This document shows, one piece after another, positions 1-11,600 of a DNA stretch of 64,000 nt. The position numbers and the translations under genes were made by a program. Source of the DNA: Convolutriloba macropyga (taxonomy: Eukaryota); NCBI RefSeq assembly GCF_964194025.1, contig NC_134475.1, forward strand, positions 21,886,001 through 21,950,000. Reading direction: 5' to 3'. Numbering within the stretch: the stretch's first letter is position 1; every line of letters starts with the position of its first letter. The notes beneath the pieces are model-generated. The model worked only from the letters and a program-made list of their open reading frames with translations. It was not told where the DNA came from and searched no databases.

Positions 1-2223
1 GACCATATGACGTCAACACCACTTCAAATCTGTTTTTTTTTCATTCGTTCATGCAATTTCAACTGAAGTTAAACACTCTCAAAATTATACCCCTTTCTCA
101 AAAATGACTTCCTCACTTTGAACTTGACTTTTATTTACTTTAATTCAAAGAGATATGGTCAAATGGGTCTGTGTTAGGCTAATTGAAGGGTATTTGAGAG
201 CAGCTAATAGAGGCAGCAAAAACTTATACAGATTTTTAATCAAAATATAACATATCAGCCTTCAATGAAAAGACGCATTTTTTGTAAGTGCTTTTGAACT
301 TGATGCTAGGTTCTTACGTCGCTAGGTTCTTAATGTCAGTGAATCAACTAGTGTTCCTTAAATTTAATTTTTTGACTTCTCCCCGCCTCTGTTTGTCTCG
401 TACACGTCACGCCTGATTATTCTGAGATGCTAAGTTTTCTGTTCTGATTTCACATTTTTGAATGGAAACTTAGGTATTCAGTACTACAATGCCAAAGGTA
501 TCTGAAAATGATCTACGATTTCATTGTTTTTGTCTTTGTTTCTGTAAATTTTGTGAAATTTTTTGTCTTATGGTCAGTTGATCTGTTCAAGTCGGGGTTT
601 CTATAGGATTTCATTCAATTCTTTGAATCGTGTTTCAGGACTGGGCCTGCTATGTTTTTTTCGTCAAGGTTTTTGATACGACCTGTCACCGGTCATTTCA
701 ATCTGCTTTTTATTAATTCTGTTTTCATGTAGTTTCGACAGTTGTATGCGTGATTTTTCACTCTTATTGGAGAGAGTCTTTGTTCAATCGCGCCAAATGT
801 TTCTCTCAAATGAGTTACCTTACTCTCAAAAATGACTTTAGTTTCTTTCAAAACGTCTTTTGTTTACAATAATTGAAGAAGTTATGGTTAACAACAGATA
901 CCTCTAATTTTTAGGCTATTAGAAACAACACATATTTTGTTCAAAGTCTAAGTCAAAATATCCTATCTCAGCTATTAGTAAAAACTGAGAATTTTCTTCG
1001 CTCTAACCTTTTCTTTGGCATTTTAATACTGCGGGTCTATCAAGCTATCGCGTCAGATATTTGGAAAATGAGAAAAGCGATGAATGTGGGAAAACTTAGA
1101 AAAATTATTTTAATTGCTCTCGAATGAAGTTAGAAGCAGTTATTCATAGCCGCCCTAATCTTTTAAACTTCTCTAGGTTTGTTTCATTGTTGGCTCCTGC
1201 TCAAAGTGCTTTGAAGAGCAGTTGCTCAGCAAAGCAATTTGAAATGAACAGAATCAGTACGAAAACGGACAAAAATAAAAACGGGATAAACCCATGAAGT
1301 CCAATTTTAGATTCCCGCTACATGAAGTTTTAGGTACCATCTCTAATGCTTATTGGTATTGATACTAGCCCCTGTATCCTCTCACTAAGTAACAGGAGTA
1401 TGTCTAACAACAAAATGAAATCTAAATAGTTCGCACTTTAAAAGAGTTTTCTCACATCAATCAGTTTTTCCATTTTTTCTGTTCTTTCAATCCCAATCGG
1501 CGTTTTTTGGAATCAATGGTGACTATTTCCGGCAAATCATTTGGGTATGTTTGTATACGTGTTGGTCTTTTTATGCGGAATTTTTGCTTGATCGTTTTGA
1601 ATTTTTAAGTGGCTTTTATGTCCTTGACTTTCGTTTTGCGTCATCTAAGTCTCTCCCTTTCACAAGTAGTTCACCTCTTAAATTCATAAAAAGTGCATCA
1701 AAATTGGTGTAATTTTTTTCACTTCAAATTTTATCGGTTATAGTGGTATATTATAACCTCTAAGATTCATTTGAAGCCCCCTTCTTCGAGCCCCCGACTG
1801 AAGCAGGCTGCAATGAAATCGAGCTCCAATTAGTCGTTCCATAGCAATTCTTCCGCCTTTAGTCGATTATGCGTTAACAAGGTCCTGAAAACTACCAGTT
1901 GCCTGTTCCACCCTCCAAACAGTTTTAATTGTGCCTAGATTTGAAAAATCTATGATCTTACGTCATAGCATCGGTTGACGACGAAAACAAAGTAATGCGG
2001 GTCAGCTCAAAATTTCACGATAAACTTTAATGACCTCAGTATTTTCAATACCTATATATTAAAACCGCGAATTATTGAGATTTATGTTGGATTGTAAAGC
2101 ATGCTAGACAAGAGGAGCTCAATTTACCAATTCTCATATCACTCGTGACTGAGTAAAAAACTAGGCTAGCATGGAGTGCCTTCCCTTAGTACATAGGTTG
2201 GAACAATAAGTTTGTTGTTTCAG

Positions 2224-2382
2224 CAAATTAGCTCAGTTAGTAATAATCAAGGCAGCACCTCAACCCATTTCTGCTACCCGCACTTTGTGTGTGCAGTGGA
2301 CACGGAGAACGTCAAAAGAGTGTTCAACGATTGCAAAGACATCATTCAGCGCATGCACTTGCGTCAGTACGAACTACTATAG
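2224..2382 (+). CDS. GNAS: Terminal coding exon of heterotrimeric G protein alpha-s subunit
   Basis: After acceptor ttgtttcag (2221-2223) the sequence reads [52 protein letters not shown]. The C-terminus [11 protein letters not shown] is the Gs-alpha signature, and the phase-0 intron position matches the vertebrate last-exon boundary (RISTASG...). This frame is not in the ORF track. No upstream exons were recognised in 1-2220. Confidence 0.96.
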   Translation, partial: QISSVSNNQGSTSTHFCYPHFVCAVDTENVKRVFNDCKDIIQRMHLRQYELL

Positions 2383-5057
2383 ACTCGCCCCTTCTCTACC
2401 CCTCCCCACCACCCACATAGCGTCCCCTCACCTAGCCCTCACTTGTGCCCTATCAAACCACATTCGACTACAAAAAACAACATTGAGGTGACTTGAAGCG
2501 ACGCATCGTTTTCAACAACTAGTGTAGACGTGTACTGCCATCATATGCTTCTGCACTCGTCAAAGGTTTTGCGAAAGTGCAGTGGTCTAGAAGACAATTG
2601 TCTGAAGATATTTTTTGCTACTGAACGTGATTGAATTCAACAAGCAGGACATGCGCTGGAATTGCTTACTTGGCGCATTTGTACCTTCGCAATTTTGTGA
2701 TCTGATCCGGCTGAAAAGAAAATATTATTCGTACTGCAAACTTAAAGTCATGCCTTGAGTGCTATTTTCCTCCCCCTTTTCCTGCTGGAAACTATTGATA
2801 GAGAAGCTGGCATCAACAGATGGATCCAATTTTGAATTTTAATTCAATTTGTCGTCTCTTCACACGAAGGCTATGAACCAACATTTGTAAAGTTTGCTTT
2901 TTGAATGCGCAAGTTTTTATGACGAGAGCATAATTTAGTACGAAAAACTTTGTTTTATTCTTTGCATTCTAATCTATTCAAATAATTCCTTTTATTCTCT
3001 TTAAATTTTGTAATTGTAATTCAATTAAAAGACAGTAGGCTTGTTAGAGGTCGTGAGTTGTTTTCTCCAAATTTTGATGAAATTTAGTAAATACAGACAG
3101 CTTAGCGTTGTTTTGCTGGCAACGCTCTCCACAACCCCCGTAGCCCTGTACCTGCCTGATTCCCGGTTTCCAATCACTAACAACCACCTATTTCTTTCCC
3201 ATTCTCCCGTCTCTCGCTCTTTTGGTAGCAGTGTCTAGTCTGATCTGGTCTGCCACTTTCCATACGACAGTAAATGTCGGTTCCTCAAATAGTCAATTGG
3301 TTCCACTCCAAATAAACGTGAATGGTCAGAACAAATAATTTTTGAAAAAATGATAATTATGACAAAGCTTTCTTTGTCTAGATTCATGGATTTAAAAAGT
3401 AAAGAATTATAACTTGGAGGTCATGTCAGAACCAGTTGTCAAGGTTACCCGCCAGTTTCGAGTCCTTCCTAATGTTAAAGGATGTCAACATTCATCGGTG
3501 CTTTTTTCATTTTCTCAATCTTACTTCACTTTTGTGCATTGTAATATCTCGAACGCAACCTATCTATCTCCTCGCCACCACCCAACAGCCCTTCCTACCC
3601 AGACAGGTCACTTTACAGCCTAGATTCAAAGGCTGTTAGGTCTTTCCCGTGATCTATTAGCTGAACCCTATGTGTGCTATTTAAAATAAAGCCACTTTTG
3701 TATTTCTGAATAAGTTGGTCTTAAGTTGCAATGACAACCCGAACTCCGTACTGATTTTTAATTTTAGTAGTTTTCTTGTCTCTGAGTTCATTCTGTTGAA
3801 ATGTTAAATATAAAGACTGCATTGATAGCTTCGGAGTATGGCTGAGCAGAGATGAGAAAAAATGTCCCCCTCTTACTTACCCCCACGCCCTCCTTTCCCT
3901 ATATCGCCCCGATCTCTGTTGAGTTGCGATTGTGAAAAGAGATGCGTCATCCTATCCTCCGTTTGGCCGCTTGCATGCTTCTAGTGATTCGATCTATCTT
4001 TTGTCCTTCAATTTCACAAACATCAACAATGTACTCCCCGAATCAGTTATACTCAAATTGGTTTACAAATTGTTTCAGACAGCGTTTGCTACTTCTAAAA
4101 TATATCTCTTATCAAAGTACCCAAAATACAGCAACAATTTAGTACATGGAGCTTATTTAATTAAGTCAAACAGAACAACTCATCTGATTAAAGCCAGTGG
4201 AAAAAGTTGTACTTCGCGCTATTATGATCGACTTTTTTGGCTTCATCAGATGAGAGCGTTATTTGGTAAAGAGCAGTGTATTGTATTGTATTGTAATTTG
4301 GAGGTTGTTTTATTGTACAGAGATAGTTTTTTATTTTTTGTAGCGTTAATTAATTAGTGTAAGTAATAGTCAATGCTGCGACAATGCTTTGTTCTGTTGT
4401 TATTTATGTCGTCAGTCAGTTGTTGTTGTCGGAATAACTGACGCGCGAACGAGCAAACAACATACAAATCACAGCAAACAAACAACAACTTTTTCTCTTC
4501 TTTCTCTTCATTTCTCTGCTGCAGTAATTCTCTAAATTCAAATACCACATTCAATTGAAATGCTTTCAACCTATCTCTATCTATCTATCTTTGCCGCCAT
4601 AGACACGACCACCAATAACCTCAAACCAATCATTACTACTAAGTATCAATTTACCAATAGGCCCTTTATGTAAGGTAAATAGAAATAACGAATCGAATCG
4701 TGTCTATTCCTTCTTTACATAATTTAGAATCGTCTCACAAAAACATTTAACTTTTGCAAAAGCATTAACGTTTTTGGAACCCTGATTTTTTTGCAGTCTG
4801 AAACTTAATATTGTGAGATAATACAGAAAAGAATTCGTTTATAAATTGGGCATGAATTAAAGATTAATTCATTGAGAATGACCTGTTGATGAACAAGGAT
4901 AAGATAGTTGATGGTTTTGTGAGACAAAAGTTGGGAACTGTAGAGGTGCCGCGTTTTGTTTGATCGAGCTCGCTGATATTGTGAAAAGTAATATTACTAA
5001 GACTATTTTACAACCTACATTATGTGAGTCAGTCAGTTGTTCGTTTGATTTGATTGA

Positions 5058-5078
5058 AATAAACTAGATTGAAATAAA
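5058..5078 (+). promoter_or_regulatory. Candidate polyadenylation signals of the Gs-alpha gene (implying a ~2.7-kb 3'UTR)
   Basis: Two AATAAA hexamers at 5058-5063 and 5073-5078 followed by T-rich sequence. No transposon was recognised in 2383-5100. Other AATAAA sites occur earlier (e.g. ~3311, ~3686). Confidence 0.35.
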
Positions 5079-6591
5079 TATTATATGTTAAATTTATTAA
5101 ATTTGCTATTTCAATTTTGTATCAATATCACCACAAATGAACATGCTCTTTTAGTGTTCACTCTTTTCTTTTCAGTTGCCTTCTCTTTAGACAAGGAAAA
5201 CTTTAAAAAGCACCCGATGATTTCACGAACGTTTGGTAGCACAAAATAGTCGCCAGCATAATTTTTGCAAATAATAGGTTTACAGTTTGATTCGACAATC
5301 CTAAGAGTCAGAAATGCAAGTGATTGTATTCTCCGTTGTCATCTCATCGATTTTCTGAGGCAAATGACCTATGGAATCGCTATTCCAAACTATGGCTGGG
5401 CCCTGTGCGTGACTAGCGTCCTCCATGCCTCTCATTTAAATGGTTGGATTTTAATTACCGAGTTTTAGTAGAATGCAAATCAAAATAACTTTGTATGCAG
5501 TTTTATTGCGCAAAGTATTACAAGGACTGTAAAAAAGCCTATTTCGTATAACTCAACAAAATAATTAAAAGTTGAATTTGTCCGTGATCTTGAGTTTCGA
5601 CAAATCGATGACATAGATCGATGACGATCGTCAGCAAGATTTCGATATTGTTCCAGATTTTAAGATTTAAATCTGATGTGAGCAGCTTTTAAAAGCTGTC
5701 ACATCGCACTAGTTTTGCCTTGTTTTTACTTTTTTTGCAGAATTGAACATTGAACACACGGGGAAATTGGGTGAATGCCAACTAAAACACTTATAGGCGG
5801 TACTGCAATATCAGATTGGTAATATAATGTAGTCGAGTTACTATAAAAATTGTCTTCATAGAAGAAAAGCTTAAAGACAATCAAAATTGACCAGAGTTTT
5901 CAAATTTTGCTCGTTCCATTTTCGTCTCAGTTTTCTGTTTTTCAAGCGGTAGTCGTAAATTAATTATAATAAAGCTGTTATAATAAGACTGTTCGCTTCC
6001 TGCTTTCGTTTAAAAATCAGAATTATTGGCCTTGAGAACACTGAGTAGTAAAAGAGATGCAATTCAATGAAAAACTGATACTTTTGATATGTATATTTAA
6101 AACTCTGTAAGCAAAGAAGACTGATAGGCATAATTGACAACTATACAGTATCGGATGGGTTTTGAAGTACTTTTTTTAAATGTTTTAGTTCTTATTCGAC
6201 TATTTTCACGAAAGTCGAGTTCAGGGCTTTCGACTGATGGCTAGAAATATTCCGTTTACCTAATCGAGGTTTGGCCTAATATCCAATCCCCGAACACACG
6301 CTTACAACCCGTTATAGCTGATTTTCGAGAGGGATGTCAATTTTCAATCCCCCTCGCGAATGATAGCTTCCCTAAACCCCAGCTGGGTATTACCAAAAAA
6401 AATCGCTCCCGTGTCGTTTGAGAGCAATCCGTTCGACGTTAAAGAGTCATGTCAAAAAAACTCACGTGCACCTTTCAAAATGCCAAAATTCTGCGCCATA
6501 AGTTGAAATGCCAGAAGTTGCTAGTCAGCCAGAAGTTGACTTCCGTTGATTTTCGTCATTTTAAGACATGCGTGTTTCGTGTTTTAAGTTT

Positions 6592-6706
6592 TGGTTATGT
6601 GACTCTGATGAAGGCACTGAGAAACTTTATCAGTAATCGAGAACCGCGTAGCTGTTTGAGATATTCAGAAGAGTTTCGAATTGATTTTAGCAGAGTCACG
6701 TAACCA
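6592..6706. mobile_element. 115-bp MITE, copy 1
   Basis: Terminal inverted repeats tggttatgtgactctg ... cagagtcacgtaacca. A same-length relative lies at 7590-7704. Confidence 0.65.
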
Positions 6707-7589
6707 TTTTGAAAAAAAAACGCGTTGTGCAAGTGCAGTCAAAAATAATTTATTTACAGTGATTACATTTTTTATTGCGAAAAGAGTATAACCTTCAGGC
6801 TGTGTACTCGCCATCCAATTAATGCGTATAGTTACACTCACATAGTGTAAATGCATTCTCGTGCCAGCACGCTGATAACCATTTTGGAAGTTAGGTCTTA
6901 GGTGGTTTGGGGGAACCGAATAAACCTATTGTTGCATAAAAACACGAAGATCACTTTTGCAGACAATCAGCGCTTTTCTTTGCAACTCTTTTGATTTACC
7001 ATTTCTGACTTTTGAACCATTTTTGGGATCCTCTCTTTGTGCCCCCAAGCATAGTGGGTGCATATTATTTGCAACCCCCTGACGCATGCATGTGTCATAG
7101 TTTTAAATAATGATTTGCAATATAAAACCACATGCTCTGTAACTGTGGGAGCATGACGGAGTGGGTGGGTGGCACAAACGGAAGAGATCCAATTTCTGCT
7201 ATATGCATAGTTTGTATTTTATCCAATTGTCTTTGTTTTTTTTTCAAATAAAACAAAAGGGTTACTTTTCTACAATAAAAGATGGCAGACAAGGATACAA
7301 CTCTGGCAATAACGACTTAGTGAAAAACTTGAATGATTAGAAAACCTCTGGAGAAGATTGATTGAAGTGAAAAAAAATCGGATCCTGAAATCGAAGGAAT
7401 TCTGATCGACAAGTGCTCATTTAATGGGGCTGAATTTAACAACTGTATATTCAATTTTAAATAAAAAGCACGTTTTTACATGTTTGATAATTTTAAGATC
7501 TGGTACTGTATAAAGAAAGATCTGGCAATCTATAGTCTGGCACTGCTAAGATCTGGCATTCTAAATTTTGCACGTGCGTGTTTCAAGCC

Positions 7590-7704
7590 TGGTCGCCTGA
7601 CTCTGCAGAAGTCATTTAGAAGTTGACCTAATTTCTCGAACTGCTTCGTGGTTCACAGTAAACACCAGATGTTCTCAGTGACTTCAAGCAGAGTCACGTA
7701 ACCA
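7590..7704. mobile_element. 115-bp MITE, copy 2
   Basis: tggtcgcctgactctgcagaagtca ... tgacttcaagcagagtcacgtaacca. Shares the 20-mer agcagagtcacgtaaccatt and its length with copy 1. Confidence 0.6.
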
Positions 7705-8352
7705 TTACTTGTATTTTGTGTTGCAGTTTCGAAATTTATAACTTAGAATTGAAATGCTAGGTTTCGAGAAAGAACGAATGCCTTGTTATGATCAATAGTT
7801 GGGTTTTCAGATCTGGATTTCAAAACAGCGAGCAAAACAAAGATCGTTTCTACTTCGCTACGTTTTTGCTAATAGCCTTTGTCATATCTGAAATACAATA
7901 GTTGTTAAGTTCATTTTACAAAGTTTGGAGCTTCAGACATTTGGGAACAAAAAATTAACACTAACGGTTGTCAAGTAGGTTTGCAATAATTACATGCTCA
8001 ATTTATTTTTGTGAGTTAATTTTGGTCAATCAATCTATTTGACGTAAAACAACATGAGTACGATCATCAGAAAGAGCGTCACATTCTTTGCTCAATGCAG
8101 ATTGTTCTCCCGTTCCTGTATATTTCACTGTCTAACTTAAAGACTGCTAATTTATCGGGCCTTTTCTCTCAATTTGACAATAAGCGGTCACATTTACAAA
8201 TTTCTCAAGTAATCTGAGGGTGAGCAACAAATATTTTGATTTACTGAGTTCTTTCTTATTCTGTGTCCGCCTATAATTCTTTTTTAACTATCATATTTGC
8301 AGATTTTAAAGGAACTACATCTGTAAAACGGTAAAACTTAATCGTTTTAATA

Positions 8353-8493
8353 TGTTTTAGAACATATCTCTAGTCTAATCATTTGTTAAAAGAACACGTC
8401 TAAGTTTCACGTTGTTGGACAAAAGAGTCAAGTTTTTGTTGCATTTTGGCGGTTTTTTGAATCATCTTGAAAGTTGCAATAAAATTGGCAACA
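8353..8493 (-). repeat. 3' LTR (141 bp)
   Basis: tgttttagaacatatctc...aattggcaaca. Differs from the 5' LTR by 6 substitutions and 1 indel (manual alignment). Confidence 0.93.
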
Positions 8494-8682
8494 TGCTGCA
8501 AGGCCACAAAGGGGGCATCAAGGGTTTTTGGAGGCATCAATTGATTGAAGTCTTTTGTCATCTTCTTTGAAATTGGCTCTGAAACTTTAGGCTGAAATGT
8601 TGTCAATATGGTCAGTACCTCAATTTGTGGGAAAGGGGTAACTCACGTTGCCTAAAACCGGAGCGAGAAAAATCGAAAAAAA

Positions 8683-11600
8683 CTACGGAGAAAAAACGCG
8701 TGCGAGACCGGCAACGGGGCGAACGAACGTGCCGTAAGCCGTTTTTAACTTTACGACTCGTGTTTCTCCATCTCGTCCTGGCGTTGTCTCCATGACTCTT
8801 CCCAGTGGCCAAATGCCTCTTGGTGTTTGGTCTTTCAACACCCAAACAATGTCGTCCACTTTGAGAGGTCGATCGTTGCTGTTTGACCATTTCGACCGTC
8901 GGCTAAGCATTGGCAGATACTCTTTCACCAAGCGTCGCCATATATGGTTCATCAGCTTCTGCGTGTTCTTCCATGTCTTCAATCTTGCAGGTTGCTGGTC
9001 TCCAAATTGTCCTGGTGGCAAGCTATTGAAGGGACGCTGGATAAGAAAGTGGTTTGGAGTCAAAGGTTCCTCGTTGTCAGGCTGCTCAGCAACGTTAGTC
9101 AGTGGTCTGGAGTTGAGGATTGATTCTGTTTCCACCATAATTGTTAGGAAAGTGTCAAAAGAGAGTCTTCTGGATCCTAGAATGAGGGGAGCGTTCTTTT
9201 GGCGCTCTGGATCAAACGCTCCCAGACACCGCCAAAATGAGGGCCGTATGGGGGATTGAATTTCCACGTTGTATTGGCTACTGCTAAAGCTTTGTAGATT
9301 CTGTCATTGTCCAAGGCTTTAACAGTTTTCTTCAGTTCTTCAGAAGCGCCAACGAAAGCTTTCCCGTTGTCGCTGTAGAGAAGTTGGGGCTGGCATCGAC
9401 GACTGCAAAATCTTCTGAAGGCATTGAGAAACGTATCTGTATTGAAGTCTGGACACGTTTCTAAGTGAACTGCTCGCGTCACCATGCATGCAAATATTAG
9501 AACATAATGTTTTTCTAAAATGCCTTTGGAATCTTCGATGTAGAAGGGTCCAAAGAAATGTACACCAGAATTAGCAAAGGGAACTATGTTTTTGCTGTTG
9601 GAAAACGAAAACTAGGTAATGGTGCCATAATTGGTTGAATGTTTTTCGTGTCAAAGCGTCGACATAAGAAACAATGAAACCGTACGCTTGCTAACCCTTT
9701 CCGAAGGCCAATCACATGGTTACGTTGTTGAATGAATGCTTTTGTTGGTTCTGTGGACTGGTGAATACATATTTGATGCGCATGTTCCAAGTACAAACGA
9801 ACAATGTTGTCGTGGGCGTGCAAAATTATTGGACGTTTTTCCAAATCCAGTTGTGTTGGTGCATACTGCAATCGACCACAAGATCTGAGTAATCCGTCCT
9901 CATCTGAGTAATCCGTCAACAGCGGATTTAAGCATCGTATTTTGCACTTAGAATCTAGTTTGATTCCACGTTGTAAGGAATTAACGGTCGAATGGAAAAA
10001 ACTGTCCTGAGATAATTTGAGGAGATAATTTCTTGATAATTGAATGTCTTCAGTTGTGTATTTGTGATTGTTCGTTCGCATTTTCTTTGCACGATTAATT
10101 AGGTTGAAAACTGTTGCAACTGTCAGAAGAAGTTTGTTCCATGTTGAGAATTTACTCGGATCGACTAAAGGTTTAATTGTCTTGGGACTTCTCGTGACTG
10201 CCGCACATGTTGCGCGTGGTTTGTTTATCTCATTCCAGGTCGACTCGCTTTGGCAAAGAAACTGGGGTGGATCTAACCATTTCTGCTGAATTTCGTTTGT
10301 CTCAAGACCGCGAGTTCCGTGATCGGCGGGATTGAGATAAGTTGAGATGTGATGCCATTGCTGGGGTGAAGAACTCTTATGAATTTCTCGCAATCTGTTT
10401 GAAACAAAAACGTTTTGCTTCTTATTTGAGGCTATCCAGTCCAAAACTAATTGACTGTCGGACCACAGAAAAATTTGGTCGAATGTCAGTGTCATTTCTC
10501 TTTGGATAAGTTGTAGAAGGCGCACTTCTATAACAGCGGCTTCTAGTTCCATTTTTGGCACTTTTATTTATTTATTGGGAGCAACTTTGCATTTTCCCAT
10601 GAAAAAACATGCTTGTGGCGTAGTGGTTTGACTATTGGTTGTACGGAGGTAAGCAACGGCTGCCATAGCTGCCATTGCATCCACAAATATATGAAGTTGG
10701 CTGCTTGTGATTTTACTGAAATTGTGAACAGTTCTTGGTATTCGGATTTCGGGCATGGCAAAGTAGCTGTTTAGAAATTTCTGGAGGTCATGGTGTAGTT
10801 CATGTGGTATCAAATCATCCCATTTTCTTACAAGTTTCCAAATCTGCTGCAAAACCATTTTGATTCTAATTGTCAGGGGAGACAACAGACCGAAGGGATC
10901 GAAGATTGAAGATACCAAACTGAATTTTTTCCTTTGTGTGTACACTGTTGCATCTTTAGGAAATTGTTGTAGGGGAAACATGACAAAATCGTCAGTTGTT
11001 ATGTTCCATTTTTGACCAAGGACTCTTATGATCTCTTTTGTTTTGTCTTTGTTGTCAGAAGAGATTTCAGCGAGTACATCTGGTTCGTTCGAAACAAATT
11101 TTGTCAACCTGAAGCCACCATTTTTCAGGCATCTTGTTGTCTGTGATATGACTTCTTTGGCTTCTGAAATTGTTGACAGGGACTGGATGTAGTCATCCAT
11201 ATAAAAGTGTGGTTTAATAGCGTTCAAGGCGGCTGGAAATTCACTTTTGTTGTCTTCTGCACGTTTATTGAGCACATAAATTGCGCAAAATGGTGAACAT
11301 GTTGCGCCAAAGATTAATCTAGTGAATTGGAATTGTCGAATGGAGTTGTCTATCATCCAAAGAAAACGAAGAGCAGACTGGTCTTCTTGTCTCACGGCAA
11401 TCTGCATAAAAGTTCCTTCGATGTCTGACAAAACAGAAACCGGGTGTTCTCTGAATCTCAACAGCACTCCAACTAAGTTATTTAGCAAATCAGGACCAGT
11501 TAGAAGATTTGTGTTCAGTGATTCACCGCGGAATTTTGATGCTGCGTTGGCAACTCTTCTCACTTTTCCGGGTTTGTTTGGATTAGTGACTGGATGATGA

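Noticed and set aside
2285-2491. 68-aa ORF in the track overlapping the GNAS exon
   Set aside because: Wrong frame; the real coding frame is the spliced Gs-alpha exon 2224-2382.
3041-4569. Short ORFs downstream of GNAS
   Set aside because: Non-ATG or low-complexity, no motifs; consistent with 3'UTR.
6689-7707. 20-bp direct repeat agcagagtcacgtaaccatt suggesting a TSD around a 1-kb insertion
   Set aside because: Better explained as the right TIRs of two separate copies of the same 115-bp MITE.
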